Made by a program: the position numbers and the translations under genes. Under the pieces are notes generated by a model. It worked only from the letters and a program-made list of their open reading frames with translations, ran no database searches and was not told the origin of the DNA. This document shows, one piece after another, positions 46,969 through 55,524 of a stretch of 64,000 nt of DNA. The stretch covers positions 5,453-69,452 of the forward strand of contig LBOM01000002.1 in assembly GCA_000989515.1 (NCBI GenBank). Reading direction: 5' to 3'. The number at the start of each line of letters is the position of its first letter. Position 1 is the first letter of the stretch. The DNA is from Candidatus Nomurabacteria bacterium GW2011_GWE1_32_28. Its GTDB lineage: Bacteria; Patescibacteriota; Minisyncoccia; Phycocordibacterales; UBA9973.

Positions 46969-47011
46969 AAACAGAGTAAACGTATAACGCCTACTCTGTG
47001 TTAAGAAGCTT

Positions 47012-47125
47012 TTAGGGCTTCTTCAATGTTTTTTTAGAAGGAATTATTAACAAAATGAATGCAGAAACTAAAAGAAAAATTCCTAATATAGTTTCTGGTT
47101 CTGCTTGATTAAGGTATTCAAACAT
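47012..47125 (-). CDS. 37-aa single-TM mini-protein MFEYLNQAEPETILGIFLLVSAFILLIIPSKKTLKKP (not in the ORF track)
   Basis: GGAGG SD; TTGACA-17-TATACT promoter with TG extension at ~47173-47201; hairpin at 46970-46999 downstream. Confidence 0.65.
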   Translation of the reverse strand: MFEYLNQAEPETILGIFLLVSAFILLIIPSKKTLKKP

Positions 47126-47231
47126 TTTAACCTCCAATGAATAATTTTAATTTTTACTTTATTACTTTTTTAAGTATAGCATACCTTGGTTTATTTGTCA
47201 AGGTATAAAGTAAAAAACAAATAGAAAAGTG

Positions 47232-47393
47232 TTACTCAATATAATTTTCTCCTTTTTTACGTGGAAGGATATCATGTATCCTTAACCAAGATATTATACC
47301 TTTTCTACCTATAAAAACATAGATTAAAAATATAATAAAAAAAAGTTGTAATATTCCTAAAAGAACAAAACTTATTATTTCTAATATTTCCAT
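47232..47393 (-). CDS. 53-aa single-TM mini-protein MEILEIISFVLLGILQLFFIIFLIYVFIGRKG...IE (not in the ORF track)
   Basis: AAAGGAG SD; own TTGACA-17-TATATT promoter at ~47421-47449. Confidence 0.65.
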   Translation of the reverse strand: MEILEIISFVLLGILQLFFIIFLIYVFIGRKGIISWLRIHDILPRKKGENYIE

Positions 47394-47638
47394 AAAATCT
47401 CCTTTTTAAAATTCATTTAAAATATATCTTTAATAAATGAATTTGTCAATTTTTAGTTGGTGACTCTACAGCTTTAATTGAAGGGCTTTTTCATAATTTG
47501 ATAATGAATTTATTTTTTTGACAAAAGTACAAATTAGTATTAATATAAAATAAATGCCCAATAAATGGGTTATTTCTTTGAAAAATAAATTAAAATCAAT
47601 TTAATAAATTCATTAAATAAACAAAAAAGGAGTCTTTC

Positions 47639-50017
47639 ATGAAAGTACTATTGTTGTTATTGTTTTCTAGTGTTAACTTACTAGGACAAGAAATTGATCT
47701 AAAAATTCCTGATATGAGCACAGCTTATTTTGGGTTTGCTAATGGTTGGCAGATTTTAATGGCAGGAACATTAGTGATTATTGTAACTTTATCTTTCAGC
47801 TTATTTATGAGCTGGAAAATAAAAACAAAATCTGCACATTATTCCATGTTGCAGGTTTCAGAAATAATATACCAAACTTGCAAAACTTATCTTGTAAGTC
47901 AAGCAAAATTTTTAATGACTTTGTTTGCATTTACAATGATTATTATTGTTATTTATTTATCACAGATGCCAAGTGGGAGATTTTCTTTCTTTGCTTCTGT
48001 TGGATATGTTTTTGTTTTTTCTTTACTAGGAATGATAGGTTCGTATCTTGTAGCATGGTATGGAATAAGACTAAATACTTGGGCAAATTCTAGGACTGCT
48101 TTTTTATCTTTAAAAGGCAAACCATGGGAAATAGTCAACCTTCCACTTCAATCAGGTATGGCGATAGGACTTTTTCTTATATCATTAGAATTGATAATGA
48201 TGGTGATTATTCTTCTGGCTGTTCCTCGTGAATTGGCGACGTATTCCTTTTTAGGTTTTGCTATAGGTGAATCATTGTGTGCATCGGTTTTAAGATTAGC
48301 AGGTGGAATCTTTACAAAAATTGCTGATATAGGTGCGGATTTAATGAAAATTATCTTTAAGGTAAAAGAAGATGATCCTCGTAATCCGGCAACTATCGCA
48401 GACTGTACCGGTGATAATGCGGGAGATAGTATTGGACCGACAGCTGATTTTTTTGAAAGTTATGGTGTTACAGGTGTAGCTCTTATAACATTCTTTTTAC
48501 TTGCGGTTCCTGATTCTATGCTTCAAGCTAAGCTTATAGTATGGATTTTTTCTATGAGATTTATTATGGATGTGTCTTCAGGTATATCGTATTTCATTAA
48601 TCAAAAAATTTCTGAAAAGAAATATGCTAATCTAACTGAGTTTGATTTTGAAGAACCTCTAACAAGATTGATTAGAATTGCAGCTTTTGGCTGTATTATG
48701 ATTAGTTTTATCGTAAGTTATATACTATTATCCCATCTAGGAAATGGATATTGGTATCAACTTGCAAGTATAATAAGTCTTGGTACTCTTAGTGCGCTTT
48801 TGATACCCGAACTTACTAAAGTTTTTACTTCTCCTAAGTCTGTATATGTTGGAGAAATAGTGAAATCAGGCAGGGAGGGAGGTTCTGCACTTGTAGTACT
48901 TTCAGGAATAGTTACTGGTAATTTCTCTGCTTTTTGGCAGGGAATGACGATGCTTTTAATTATGTTTCTTGGTTTTGTTATAGGAAAATTTTCTGGATTA
49001 GAAAATTTAATACCTCATATCGACGTAGGATCTTTAGGATTAATTGCATTTGGAATGTTGTGTATGGGCCCGGTAAATATAGCTACCGATAGCTATGGTC
49101 CAGTTTCAGATAACTCTCAATCTATTTATGAATTATCTCAAATTGAGAAATTACCTAACATAAGAGAAGAAATAAAACGTAATTTTGGATTTACTCCAAA
49201 TTTTGAAAAGGCAAAAGAATTATTAGAAAGAAACGATGCTTGTGGTAATACTTTTAAAGCTACAGTAAAACCTGTGCTTATAGGTACAGCAGTCTCTGGT
49301 GCTACAATTATGGTTTTTTCTATTATGTTACTTCTTGAAAAAGTTGGTATGCTTAATTTAAGTTTAAGTGAGCCGCCGGTTCTTTTTGGATTAATAGCTG
49401 GAAGTGCTTTTGTTTTTTGGTTTGCTGGAGCTTCCACACAAGCAGTTACAGCTGGAGCATATAAAGCTACAGCATTTGTAAAAAAGAATTTTTCTTTTAA
49501 TGTAGAAAAAGCTAGTGTTGAAGATTCTAAAAAAGTAGTAGAAATATGTACTACATATGCTCAAAAAGGAGCATTAAATATTTTTTGGGTGCTTATCTCT
49601 ATCACTATTGGTTTCTCTTTAATAGACCCAAATTTCTTTATTTCTTATTTGATTGCTGTCTCTGTTGTTGGGCTTTTTATGGCTATTTATATGGCCAATG
49701 CTGGTGGAGCATGGGACAATGCAAAGAAAGTAGTGGAAGTAGATCTTAAGCTTTCCAATACTCCACTACATGAAGCGACTATTGTTGGAGATACGGTAGG
49801 TGATCCTTTTAAGGATACCTCCTCTGTTGCTCTAAACCCAATAATCAAATTTTCTAGTCTATTTGGTTTGCTTGGGATTGAGTTAGCTGTTAAGTTTGCT
49901 GTAACAAAAGATGGAATAACTTCTTATACGTATTTCCACTTTATTGCAGCAGCAGTTCTTTTGACAGTTGCTCTTGTTTTTGTGTGGCGTAGTTTTTACA
50001 CCATGCGTATGGACTAA
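47639..50017 (+). CDS. hppA: Membrane-bound pyrophosphatase, K+-independent signature, divergent H+-PPase type
   Basis: GGIFTKIADIGADL..K...EDDPRNPATIADCTGDNAGD, DSYGPVSDN, GNTFKA, GGAWDNAKK, GDTVGDPFKDTS; AAGGAG SD and TTGACA promoter. Confidence 0.93.
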   Translation: MKVLLLLLFSSVNLLGQEIDLKIPDMSTAYFGFANGWQILMAGTLVIIVTLSFSLFMSWKIKTKSAHYSMLQVSEIIYQTCKTYLVSQAKFLMTLFAFTMIIIVIYLSQMPSGRFSFFASVGYVFVFSLLGMIGSYLVAWYGIRLNTWANSRTAFLSLKGKPWEIVNLPLQSGMAIGLFLISLELIMMVIILLAVPRELATYSFLGFAIGESLCASVLRLAGGIFTKIADIGADLMKIIFKVKEDDPRNPATIADCTGDNAGDSIGPTADFFESYGVTGVALITFFLLAVPDSMLQAKLIVWIFSMRFIMDVSSGISYFINQKISEKKYANLTEFDFEEPLTRLIRIAAFGCIMISFIVSYILLSHLGNGYWYQLASIISLGTLSALLIPELTKVFTSPKSVYVGEIVKSGREGGSALVVLSGIVTGNFSAFWQGMTMLLIMFLGFVIGKFSGLENLIPHIDVGSLGLIAFGMLCMGPVNIATDSYGPVSDNSQSIYELSQIEKLPNIREEIKRNFGFTPNFEKAKELLERNDACGNTFKATVKPVLIGTAVSGATIMVFSIMLLLEKVGMLNLSLSEPPVLFGLIAGSAFVFWFAGASTQAVTAGAYKATAFVKKNFSFNVEKASVEDSKKVVEICTTYAQKGALNIFWVLISITIGFSLIDPNFFISYLIAVSVVGLFMAIYMANAGGAWDNAKKVVEVDLKLSNTPLHEATIVGDTVGDPFKDTSSVALNPIIKFSSLFGLLGIELAVKFAVTKDGITSYTYFHFIAAAVLLTVALVFVWRSFYTMRMD

Positions 50018-50034
50018 TTTTAAATTAATTAATT

Positions 50035-50063
50035 AAAGGCGAGAATATAATTCTCGCCTTTTT
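50035..50063 (+). terminator. Intrinsic terminator after hppA
   Basis: AAAGGCGAGAAT-ATA-ATTCTCGCCTTTTT. Confidence 0.8.
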
Positions 50064-50161
50064 ATAATTATTAAAGAGCTTTTCTTACATAATACTTCCA
50101 TAATGATTTGTTAATACTGATTACTTTTAATAATAACATATTCTTATAGTTTTGTCAATTG

Positions 50162-50233
50162 TGACCCTACAGAGAATCGAACTCTGATTTTATCCTTGAG
50201 AAGGATACGTCCTGACCGTTAGACGATAGGGCC
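50162..50233 (-). tRNA. tRNA-Glu(CTC)
   Basis: GGCCCTA...TAGGGTCA; anticodon loop TTCTCAA. Confidence 0.95.
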
Positions 50234-50338
50234 TCATATAGAATATAGCATTTTAAAATAAAAATAAAAATAAAAAAGAGCGCACCTTTTGAGAACGCTC
50301 TGAATTTTAAAAATTATTTTTTCCCTGTAATTGCAATC

Positions 50339-50449
50339 TTATTCTTTTTTACAAGATATTTTTCTGATTTTTTTTTCTTTCCTTTTTCCTTTTCTGAGTT
50401 TTGCTTTTTCTCTCTTTTCCGCACGGTTTTGAAAATGTTTCTCTGACAT
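50339..50449 (-). CDS. 36-aa very basic peptide MSEKHFQNRAEKREKAKLRKGKRKEKKIRKISCKKE
   Basis: GGAG SD 6 nt upstream, TTGACA at 50549-50554, hairpin at 50277-50301 downstream. Confidence 0.45.
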   Translation of the reverse strand: MSEKHFQNRAEKREKAKLRKGKRKEKKIRKISCKKE

Positions 50450-50573
50450 GAGTAACTCCATTAGTTTATAAAAAAAATAGGTAAAACTAAAACAGAATAC
50501 TTTATATAAAGAGCATTCTAAATAAACTATGAACCTAAAATAGTGTTTTGTCAAATAGACTGTGGAAAACTTT

Positions 50574-51632
50574 TTAGTCTTCTTCTGACTTTGGTTTTTC
50601 TAGTGAAAGTGTAGAAAGCTCTGGAGAAGTGCCTGATATTTTTAATACATCTTTGTCTATTTTTTTGAGCTCTTTATTTGAAGCATTGTAGTGGTTTACA
50701 ACAGTGCCTAATGCATTACCAAGCTTGTCGTGGTATTCGTCAAAAGATTTTAAATGTTTTCCTAGATCTTCCACTTTTTTTATTATTTCTTTTGCAGACT
50801 CTTCTATTTTGAGGGCCTTGAGTCCTTGTAGCACTGTTTGTAGATATGCCAAGAAAGAAGTGGGGGATGTGATAATTACTTTATATTTTCCTGCTGCTCT
50901 TTGAATAAGGTTTTCATTCTCGCTATCATTTATATTCGTTGCACCTACTTTATTTGTAAGAAGATCATAATAAATAGCTTCGTGTGGTATAAACATGAAT
51001 GCAAAGTCTGTAGTACCCTTACTTGGTTGAATATATTTTGCAGTTTCTGTTATTCTATTTTTTAAATCATTCACGAAGATTGTCTCTAGCTTTTTCTTTT
51101 CGGCCATATTTTGCTCCTCAGCCATTTTATTGTAATTCTCCAAAGAAAATTTAGAATCGACAGGAATTATTTTATCTTTCACAAAAACAACAGCATCTAC
51201 AATAGTGCCATCAGGAAATGGATATTGCATTTGATAGGATCCAGGTGGTAAAACATTTTTTAGAACTGTTTCTAAATAATATTCGCCGAGTATTCCACGT
51301 TGCTTTGGATTTTTTAATACATCTTGCAGGCTTTGTAATTGGTCAGCAAAAGATATGACTTGTTTGTTTGTCTCGTCTAATCTAGTAAGTCTTTCTGTAA
51401 CATCACGGATTATTTCATTTGATTGAGAGGAATGGAATTTTAAACTTTCTTGTACTTGTTTGTGTGATTCGCCTAGTTTGTTGTCTACTGTACGTGATAG
51501 TTCGTTTAATTGAGTGAGAATAAGATTCAAACCAGTATCGTTATTATTATTTTCTACTTTTTTATTAAATAAAAAATAAGCAATAATGCCTCCGATCAAA
51601 ACTATTATAATGATTGTTAAAATATTTTCCAT
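50574..51632 (-). CDS. rmuC: DNA recombination protein RmuC
   Basis: NPKQRGILGE, PVDSKF, TTDFAFMFIPHEAIY, TSPTSFLAYL; N-terminal TM. Confidence 0.93.
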   Translation of the reverse strand: MENILTIIIIVLIGGIIAYFLFNKKVENNNNDTGLNLILTQLNELSRTVDNKLGESHKQVQESLKFHSSQSNEIIRDVTERLTRLDETNKQVISFADQLQSLQDVLKNPKQRGILGEYYLETVLKNVLPPGSYQMQYPFPDGTIVDAVVFVKDKIIPVDSKFSLENYNKMAEEQNMAEKKKLETIFVNDLKNRITETAKYIQPSKGTTDFAFMFIPHEAIYYDLLTNKVGATNINDSENENLIQRAAGKYKVIITSPTSFLAYLQTVLQGLKALKIEESAKEIIKKVEDLGKHLKSFDEYHDKLGNALGTVVNHYNASNKELKKIDKDVLKISGTSPELSTLSLEKPKSEED

Positions 51633-51654
51633 AGTTTTTCAAATAAATTATATA

Positions 51655-52380
51655 CTATTTATTTAAATAATGTTTTAACGTATAAATCCAATCTTCATCT
51701 TCAGAATTTTCATTTTCTTTTGTTTTTAGAAACCATTCTAGATATCCACGGTCAGTCTTTGCTACATCTTCTACTGTTTTACCTATATGTTTTCCAAATG
51801 AGAACGAATGCATGAGTGAAGGCTTGGAGGATATCTCTATCATATTTTTATATACTTCTTCATCAGAAAAATTATTTTCTTTTTTTATTTTATCAAAAAG
51901 TCTTTCAAATAATTTTTCTAGTACCAATACATCTCCAAGAGCATCATGAGCTGTAGCATCTATATCTATATCTAAGAAATAACGTAAGAATTGTAATTTA
52001 TGTTGAGGAATTTTATTTTCTTTGTCTAATGCACGAGCAACACGTAATGTGCAGATAACATTCTTAGGGTTTATATCTTCTTTTTTTATTATGGCTAGAT
52101 CAAACTTGGCATTGTGAGCTACCATTATAGAATTTTCATCTTCAAAAAGATTTTTTATTTTTTTAAAATCACTACTTTCTTTGAAAGAAGTCTTATTTTC
52201 TACCATTTTGTTTGTTATGTGATGTACGGCAGAAGCTTCTGGTGGTATTTTGATTTCTGGTTTGTATAATTCACAGAATGTTTCATCTTTTATTTTATAT
52301 GCTAGTTGGCATAGGAAATCTTTACTATCTACTCCTGTTGTTTCTGTATCAAAAAATATAATATTTTGTTCTTTATTCAT
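51655..52380 (-). CDS. DEDDh 3'-5' exonuclease (ExoX-like) with C-terminal FGKH domain
   Basis: FFDTETTG, VAHNAKFD, AHDALGDV, FGKHIGK..DRGYLEW. Confidence 0.88.
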   Translation of the reverse strand: MNKEQNIIFFDTETTGVDSKDFLCQLAYKIKDETFCELYKPEIKIPPEASAVHHITNKMVENKTSFKESSDFKKIKNLFEDENSIMVAHNAKFDLAIIKKEDINPKNVICTLRVARALDKENKIPQHKLQFLRYFLDIDIDATAHDALGDVLVLEKLFERLFDKIKKENNFSDEEVYKNMIEISSKPSLMHSFSFGKHIGKTVEDVAKTDRGYLEWFLKTKENENSEDEDWIYTLKHYLNK

Positions 52381-52418
52381 ACTTGGTTATTTTAACATAT
52401 TTTTGGTATAATATTATA

Positions 52419-52868
52419 ATGCTACATGAACAAATAAAAAATAGTATAAAAGATGCAATGTTAAAGAAGAATTTTGTTTTGCTTGAAACACTCCGTTCTA
52501 TGGTTTCTGCATTCACAAACGAACTTGTTTCTAAAAATAAAAAACCTAGTCAATTTTTATCTGATGAAGAAGTTTTGATTGTGATAACACGTCTTGCAAA
52601 ACAAAGAAAAGATTCGATAGAACAATACAAAAAAGGTAATCGTCAGGATCTAGTAGATGAAGAAAGTGCTCAATTGTCTATATTAGAGACTTATTTACCT
52701 AAATTAATGGAAAGAAATGATATTGAGGTGATTGTTAAAGATAAAAAAGTAGAATTAAATATTACAGATGTAACCAAAAAAGGGATTTTAATGCAAGCAA
52801 TAATGAAAGATTTAAAAGGTAAAGCAGATGGTGGAGTTGTTAAAGAGATAGTTGATAGTCTTTTTTAA
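52419..52868 (+). CDS. GatB/YqeY domain protein
   Basis: KDAML, KQRKDSIEQY, YLPKL, GKADG; ATG 7 nt after TATAAT. Confidence 0.9.
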   Translation: MLHEQIKNSIKDAMLKKNFVLLETLRSMVSAFTNELVSKNKKPSQFLSDEEVLIVITRLAKQRKDSIEQYKKGNRQDLVDEESAQLSILETYLPKLMERNDIEVIVKDKKVELNITDVTKKGILMQAIMKDLKGKADGGVVKEIVDSLF

Positions 52869-52875
52869 TTTTAAT

Positions 52876-53502
52876 ATGCATACAGTACAAGTTCTAAATC
52901 AATTAGTAGAAAATCATCAAATAATAGCATATTTAATAATTTTTGTAGGTCTTATTATTGAAGGTGAAGTTGTTGTTATTACTGCTGGTGTTTTGTCATA
53001 TTTGGGAGCTTTAGATTTTTGGATATCACTTTCTTTTATTTTAGCTGGTGGAATGGTTAAAACATTTGGTGGCTATTATTTAGGAGGTTTCCTTCATAAA
53101 AAATATAATCATCATAGATTTTTTAAATATCTTGAGAAAAGAGTTTTTTATTTTATACCCAGGTTTGAACAAAAACCATTTTGGTCTATTTTTATTTCAA
53201 AATTTATAATTGGTGTAAATTATTTAGTTATTATTTTTTCTGGATATAGTAAAATTTCATTAAGAACATTTTTAAAAGCTGAAATATTTTCTACAATAAT
53301 TTGGGCGCCAATACTTTTGTCACTAGGATTCTTTTTTAGTCAGACTGCATTATCTTTAAGTAAAGAAATAGGTAGGTTTTCTTTACTTATATTTATATTT
53401 CTTTTTATATTCCTATTTTTTGATAAATTAATTGCCTCATTCTATCGAATCTTTGAATTTTTAAAGAATACTAATATTATTAATGAAAAAGAAAATGAAT
53501 AA
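52876..53502 (+). CDS. DedA-family membrane protein
   Basis: EGEVVVITAG, YYLG, SKFI, TM pattern. Confidence 0.8.
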   Translation: MHTVQVLNQLVENHQIIAYLIIFVGLIIEGEVVVITAGVLSYLGALDFWISLSFILAGGMVKTFGGYYLGGFLHKKYNHHRFFKYLEKRVFYFIPRFEQKPFWSIFISKFIIGVNYLVIIFSGYSKISLRTFLKAEIFSTIIWAPILLSLGFFFSQTALSLSKEIGRFSLLIFIFLFIFLFFDKLIASFYRIFEFLKNTNIINEKENE

Positions 53503-54388
53503 AAAAAAATTAATTACACATAATGGATCTTTTCATTCAGATGATATTTTTGCTGCTGCCACACTTTCTCTATTATTAGAAAAAAGTGGTGAAAGTTTTG
53601 AAATAATACGTACTCGTGATCCAGAAATAATTAAAACAGGGGATTACGTTTTTGATGTTGGTGGAGTTTATGATGAAAATATAAATAGATTTGACCATCA
53701 CCAAAAAGGATTTGAAGAAAAAAGGTCTAATGGGATTATTTATTCTTCTTTTGGTTTAGTTTGGAAGAAATTTGGTGTTGATTTAGTAGGATCACAAGAT
53801 ATAGCAGATATTTTAGATAAGAAACTTACAGCTCCTATAGATGCTTCTGACAATGGTATTGATTTAGTTGAAAATAAATATGATGTATCGCCTTACTTTT
53901 TACAGTATTTTTTCTTTTCAATGAATCCAACATGGAATGAAAAAAAACTAGAGAAAGATGAAATGTTTTTAAAATGTATAGATATTGCAAAGATGATCCT
54001 CTCTAGAGAAATTATTCAAGCTGAGCATTTTATTTTAGCAGAAGAAAAAATAAAAGAGGATTATGAAAATTCAAAAGATAAAAGAATAATTATTTTAAAT
54101 AAAGATTATTCATATGAAAATATTTTAAATAAATTTACTGAACCTATTTTTGTTGTTTATCCAAGGACAGACAATATTAGTTGGGGTGTAAAGGCCATAA
54201 GAGAAGATCCAAAGAATTTTAAGAATAAAAAAAATTTACCAAAAGATTGGGGTGGTTTAATGAATGAAGAATTGCAAAATATCACAGGTGTTGAGGATGC
54301 TATATTTTGCCATAAGGCACTTTTTATGGCAGTAGCAAAATCTAAGGAAGGAGCTATAAAATTAGCTAATTTAGCACTTTCAGTGTAA
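53483..54388 (+). CDS. MYG1-family exonuclease/hydrolase
   Basis: THNGSFHSDD, RTRD, DVGG, FDHHQ, SSFGLVW, IDASDNG, IFCH. Confidence 0.92.
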   Translation: MKKKMNKKKLITHNGSFHSDDIFAAATLSLLLEKSGESFEIIRTRDPEIIKTGDYVFDVGGVYDENINRFDHHQKGFEEKRSNGIIYSSFGLVWKKFGVDLVGSQDIADILDKKLTAPIDASDNGIDLVENKYDVSPYFLQYFFFSMNPTWNEKKLEKDEMFLKCIDIAKMILSREIIQAEHFILAEEKIKEDYENSKDKRIIILNKDYSYENILNKFTEPIFVVYPRTDNISWGVKAIREDPKNFKNKKNLPKDWGGLMNEELQNITGVEDAIFCHKALFMAVAKSKEGAIKLANLALSV

Positions 54389-54481
54389 AATTAAGAAAAT
54401 CAAAAATTTTTGAGCCTTCGCCCTCGGAGTCATAAGGACAGGGGACCCACGACTCTTAAAATTTTTATTTTCTTAATTTTA
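54386..54481 (+). repeat. Structured element, family B, intergenic copy before obgE
   Basis: ~24-bp terminal inverted repeats; core GAGCCTTCGCCCTCGGAGTCATAAGGACAGGGGACCCACGACTC; fills the whole intergenic gap. Confidence 0.88.
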
Positions 54482-54482
54482 T

Positions 54483-55517
54483 ATGGCATTTATAGATGAA
54501 ATAAAAATATATGGAGAAGCAGGCACTGGTGGCAACGGTGTTGTTCGTTGGCGTCAGGAGAAATTTATACCCAAAGGTGGGCCTGCAGGAGGTGATGGTG
54601 GACGTGGTGGTGATTTTTATGTTCAAGCTGTTCGCGATATACACATACTTTCAAAATATAAGGCAAAGAAAAGTTTTTATGCCGATAAGGGTGAGGATGG
54701 TGGAAATAAAAGTTTACATGGAAAAAGTGGTGATGATTTTATTTTAGAATTACCTATTGGATCTATCATTACAAATTTAGATACAGAAGAAAAATATCAA
54801 CTTTTTAAGGAAGGAGAAAAAATATTACTTTTAAAAGGTGGCTATGGTGGATTTGGGAATGAACATTTTAAAAGTTCTACAAATACAACTCCACAAGATT
54901 GGCGCCCCGGAGAAGAAGGAGAACATGGTGATTTTCACATAGAATTAGAACTTTTTGCTGACATAGGCCTAGTGGGGCTTCCCAACGCTGGTAAATCATC
55001 ACTGCTTAACTCTATAACCAATGCAGATGCAAAAGTAGGTGATTATGCTTTTACTACGTTAGATCCTAATTTGGGTGATTTTTATGGATATACGATAGCT
55101 GATATCCCAGGACTTATAGAAGGAGCAAATATGGGAAAAGGATTGGGGGTCAAATTTCTACGACATATAAAACGCACTAAGATGATTGCGCATCTTGTTT
55201 CTTTTGAAAATTTATCTAAAGGTTCTACTGGTATGATAAAAGTTTATAAAGAGATTCGTAAGGAACTTGAAAAATATGATAAGAATTTAAATTTAGAAGA
55301 TGAAGGTCTTTCTCTTAAAGATGAGATAATTATTTTGACTAAATCTGACACAGTAGAGAATGATAAAACAATAGAAAGAGAAAAAAGTAAATTTAAAAAA
55401 ATACTTGCCCGTTCCTCTGGCGGGAGTAAGAAAGTTTTTGTGTTGTCTTTATTTGATGATGATAGTGTAAAGAATCTGAGAGACGAATTAGTGAAAATTT
55501 TAAAGAAAAAGGTATAA
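54483..55517 (+). CDS. obgE: GTPase ObgE/CgtA
   Basis: GGPAGGDGGRGG, GLPNAGKS, YAFTTL, DIPGLIEGA, TKSD. Confidence 0.97.
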   Translation: MAFIDEIKIYGEAGTGGNGVVRWRQEKFIPKGGPAGGDGGRGGDFYVQAVRDIHILSKYKAKKSFYADKGEDGGNKSLHGKSGDDFILELPIGSIITNLDTEEKYQLFKEGEKILLLKGGYGGFGNEHFKSSTNTTPQDWRPGEEGEHGDFHIELELFADIGLVGLPNAGKSSLLNSITNADAKVGDYAFTTLDPNLGDFYGYTIADIPGLIEGANMGKGLGVKFLRHIKRTKMIAHLVSFENLSKGSTGMIKVYKEIRKELEKYDKNLNLEDEGLSLKDEIIILTKSDTVENDKTIEREKSKFKKILARSSGGSKKVFVLSLFDDDSVKNLRDELVKILKKKV

Positions 55518-55524
55518 TAATAAG

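Noticed and set aside
50064-50160. TTGACA-17-TATTAT on the minus strand followed by a 22-codon ORF
   Set aside because: No SD, the ORF runs into the hppA terminator, and there is no other support
54412-54458. Reverse complement of family B loosely resembles a twister ribozyme (TAA..GGTCCC..GAGGG)
   Set aside because: It lacks the conserved AAGC and GC pseudoknot nucleotides, and G-U pairs favour the + strand; not called as a known ribozyme
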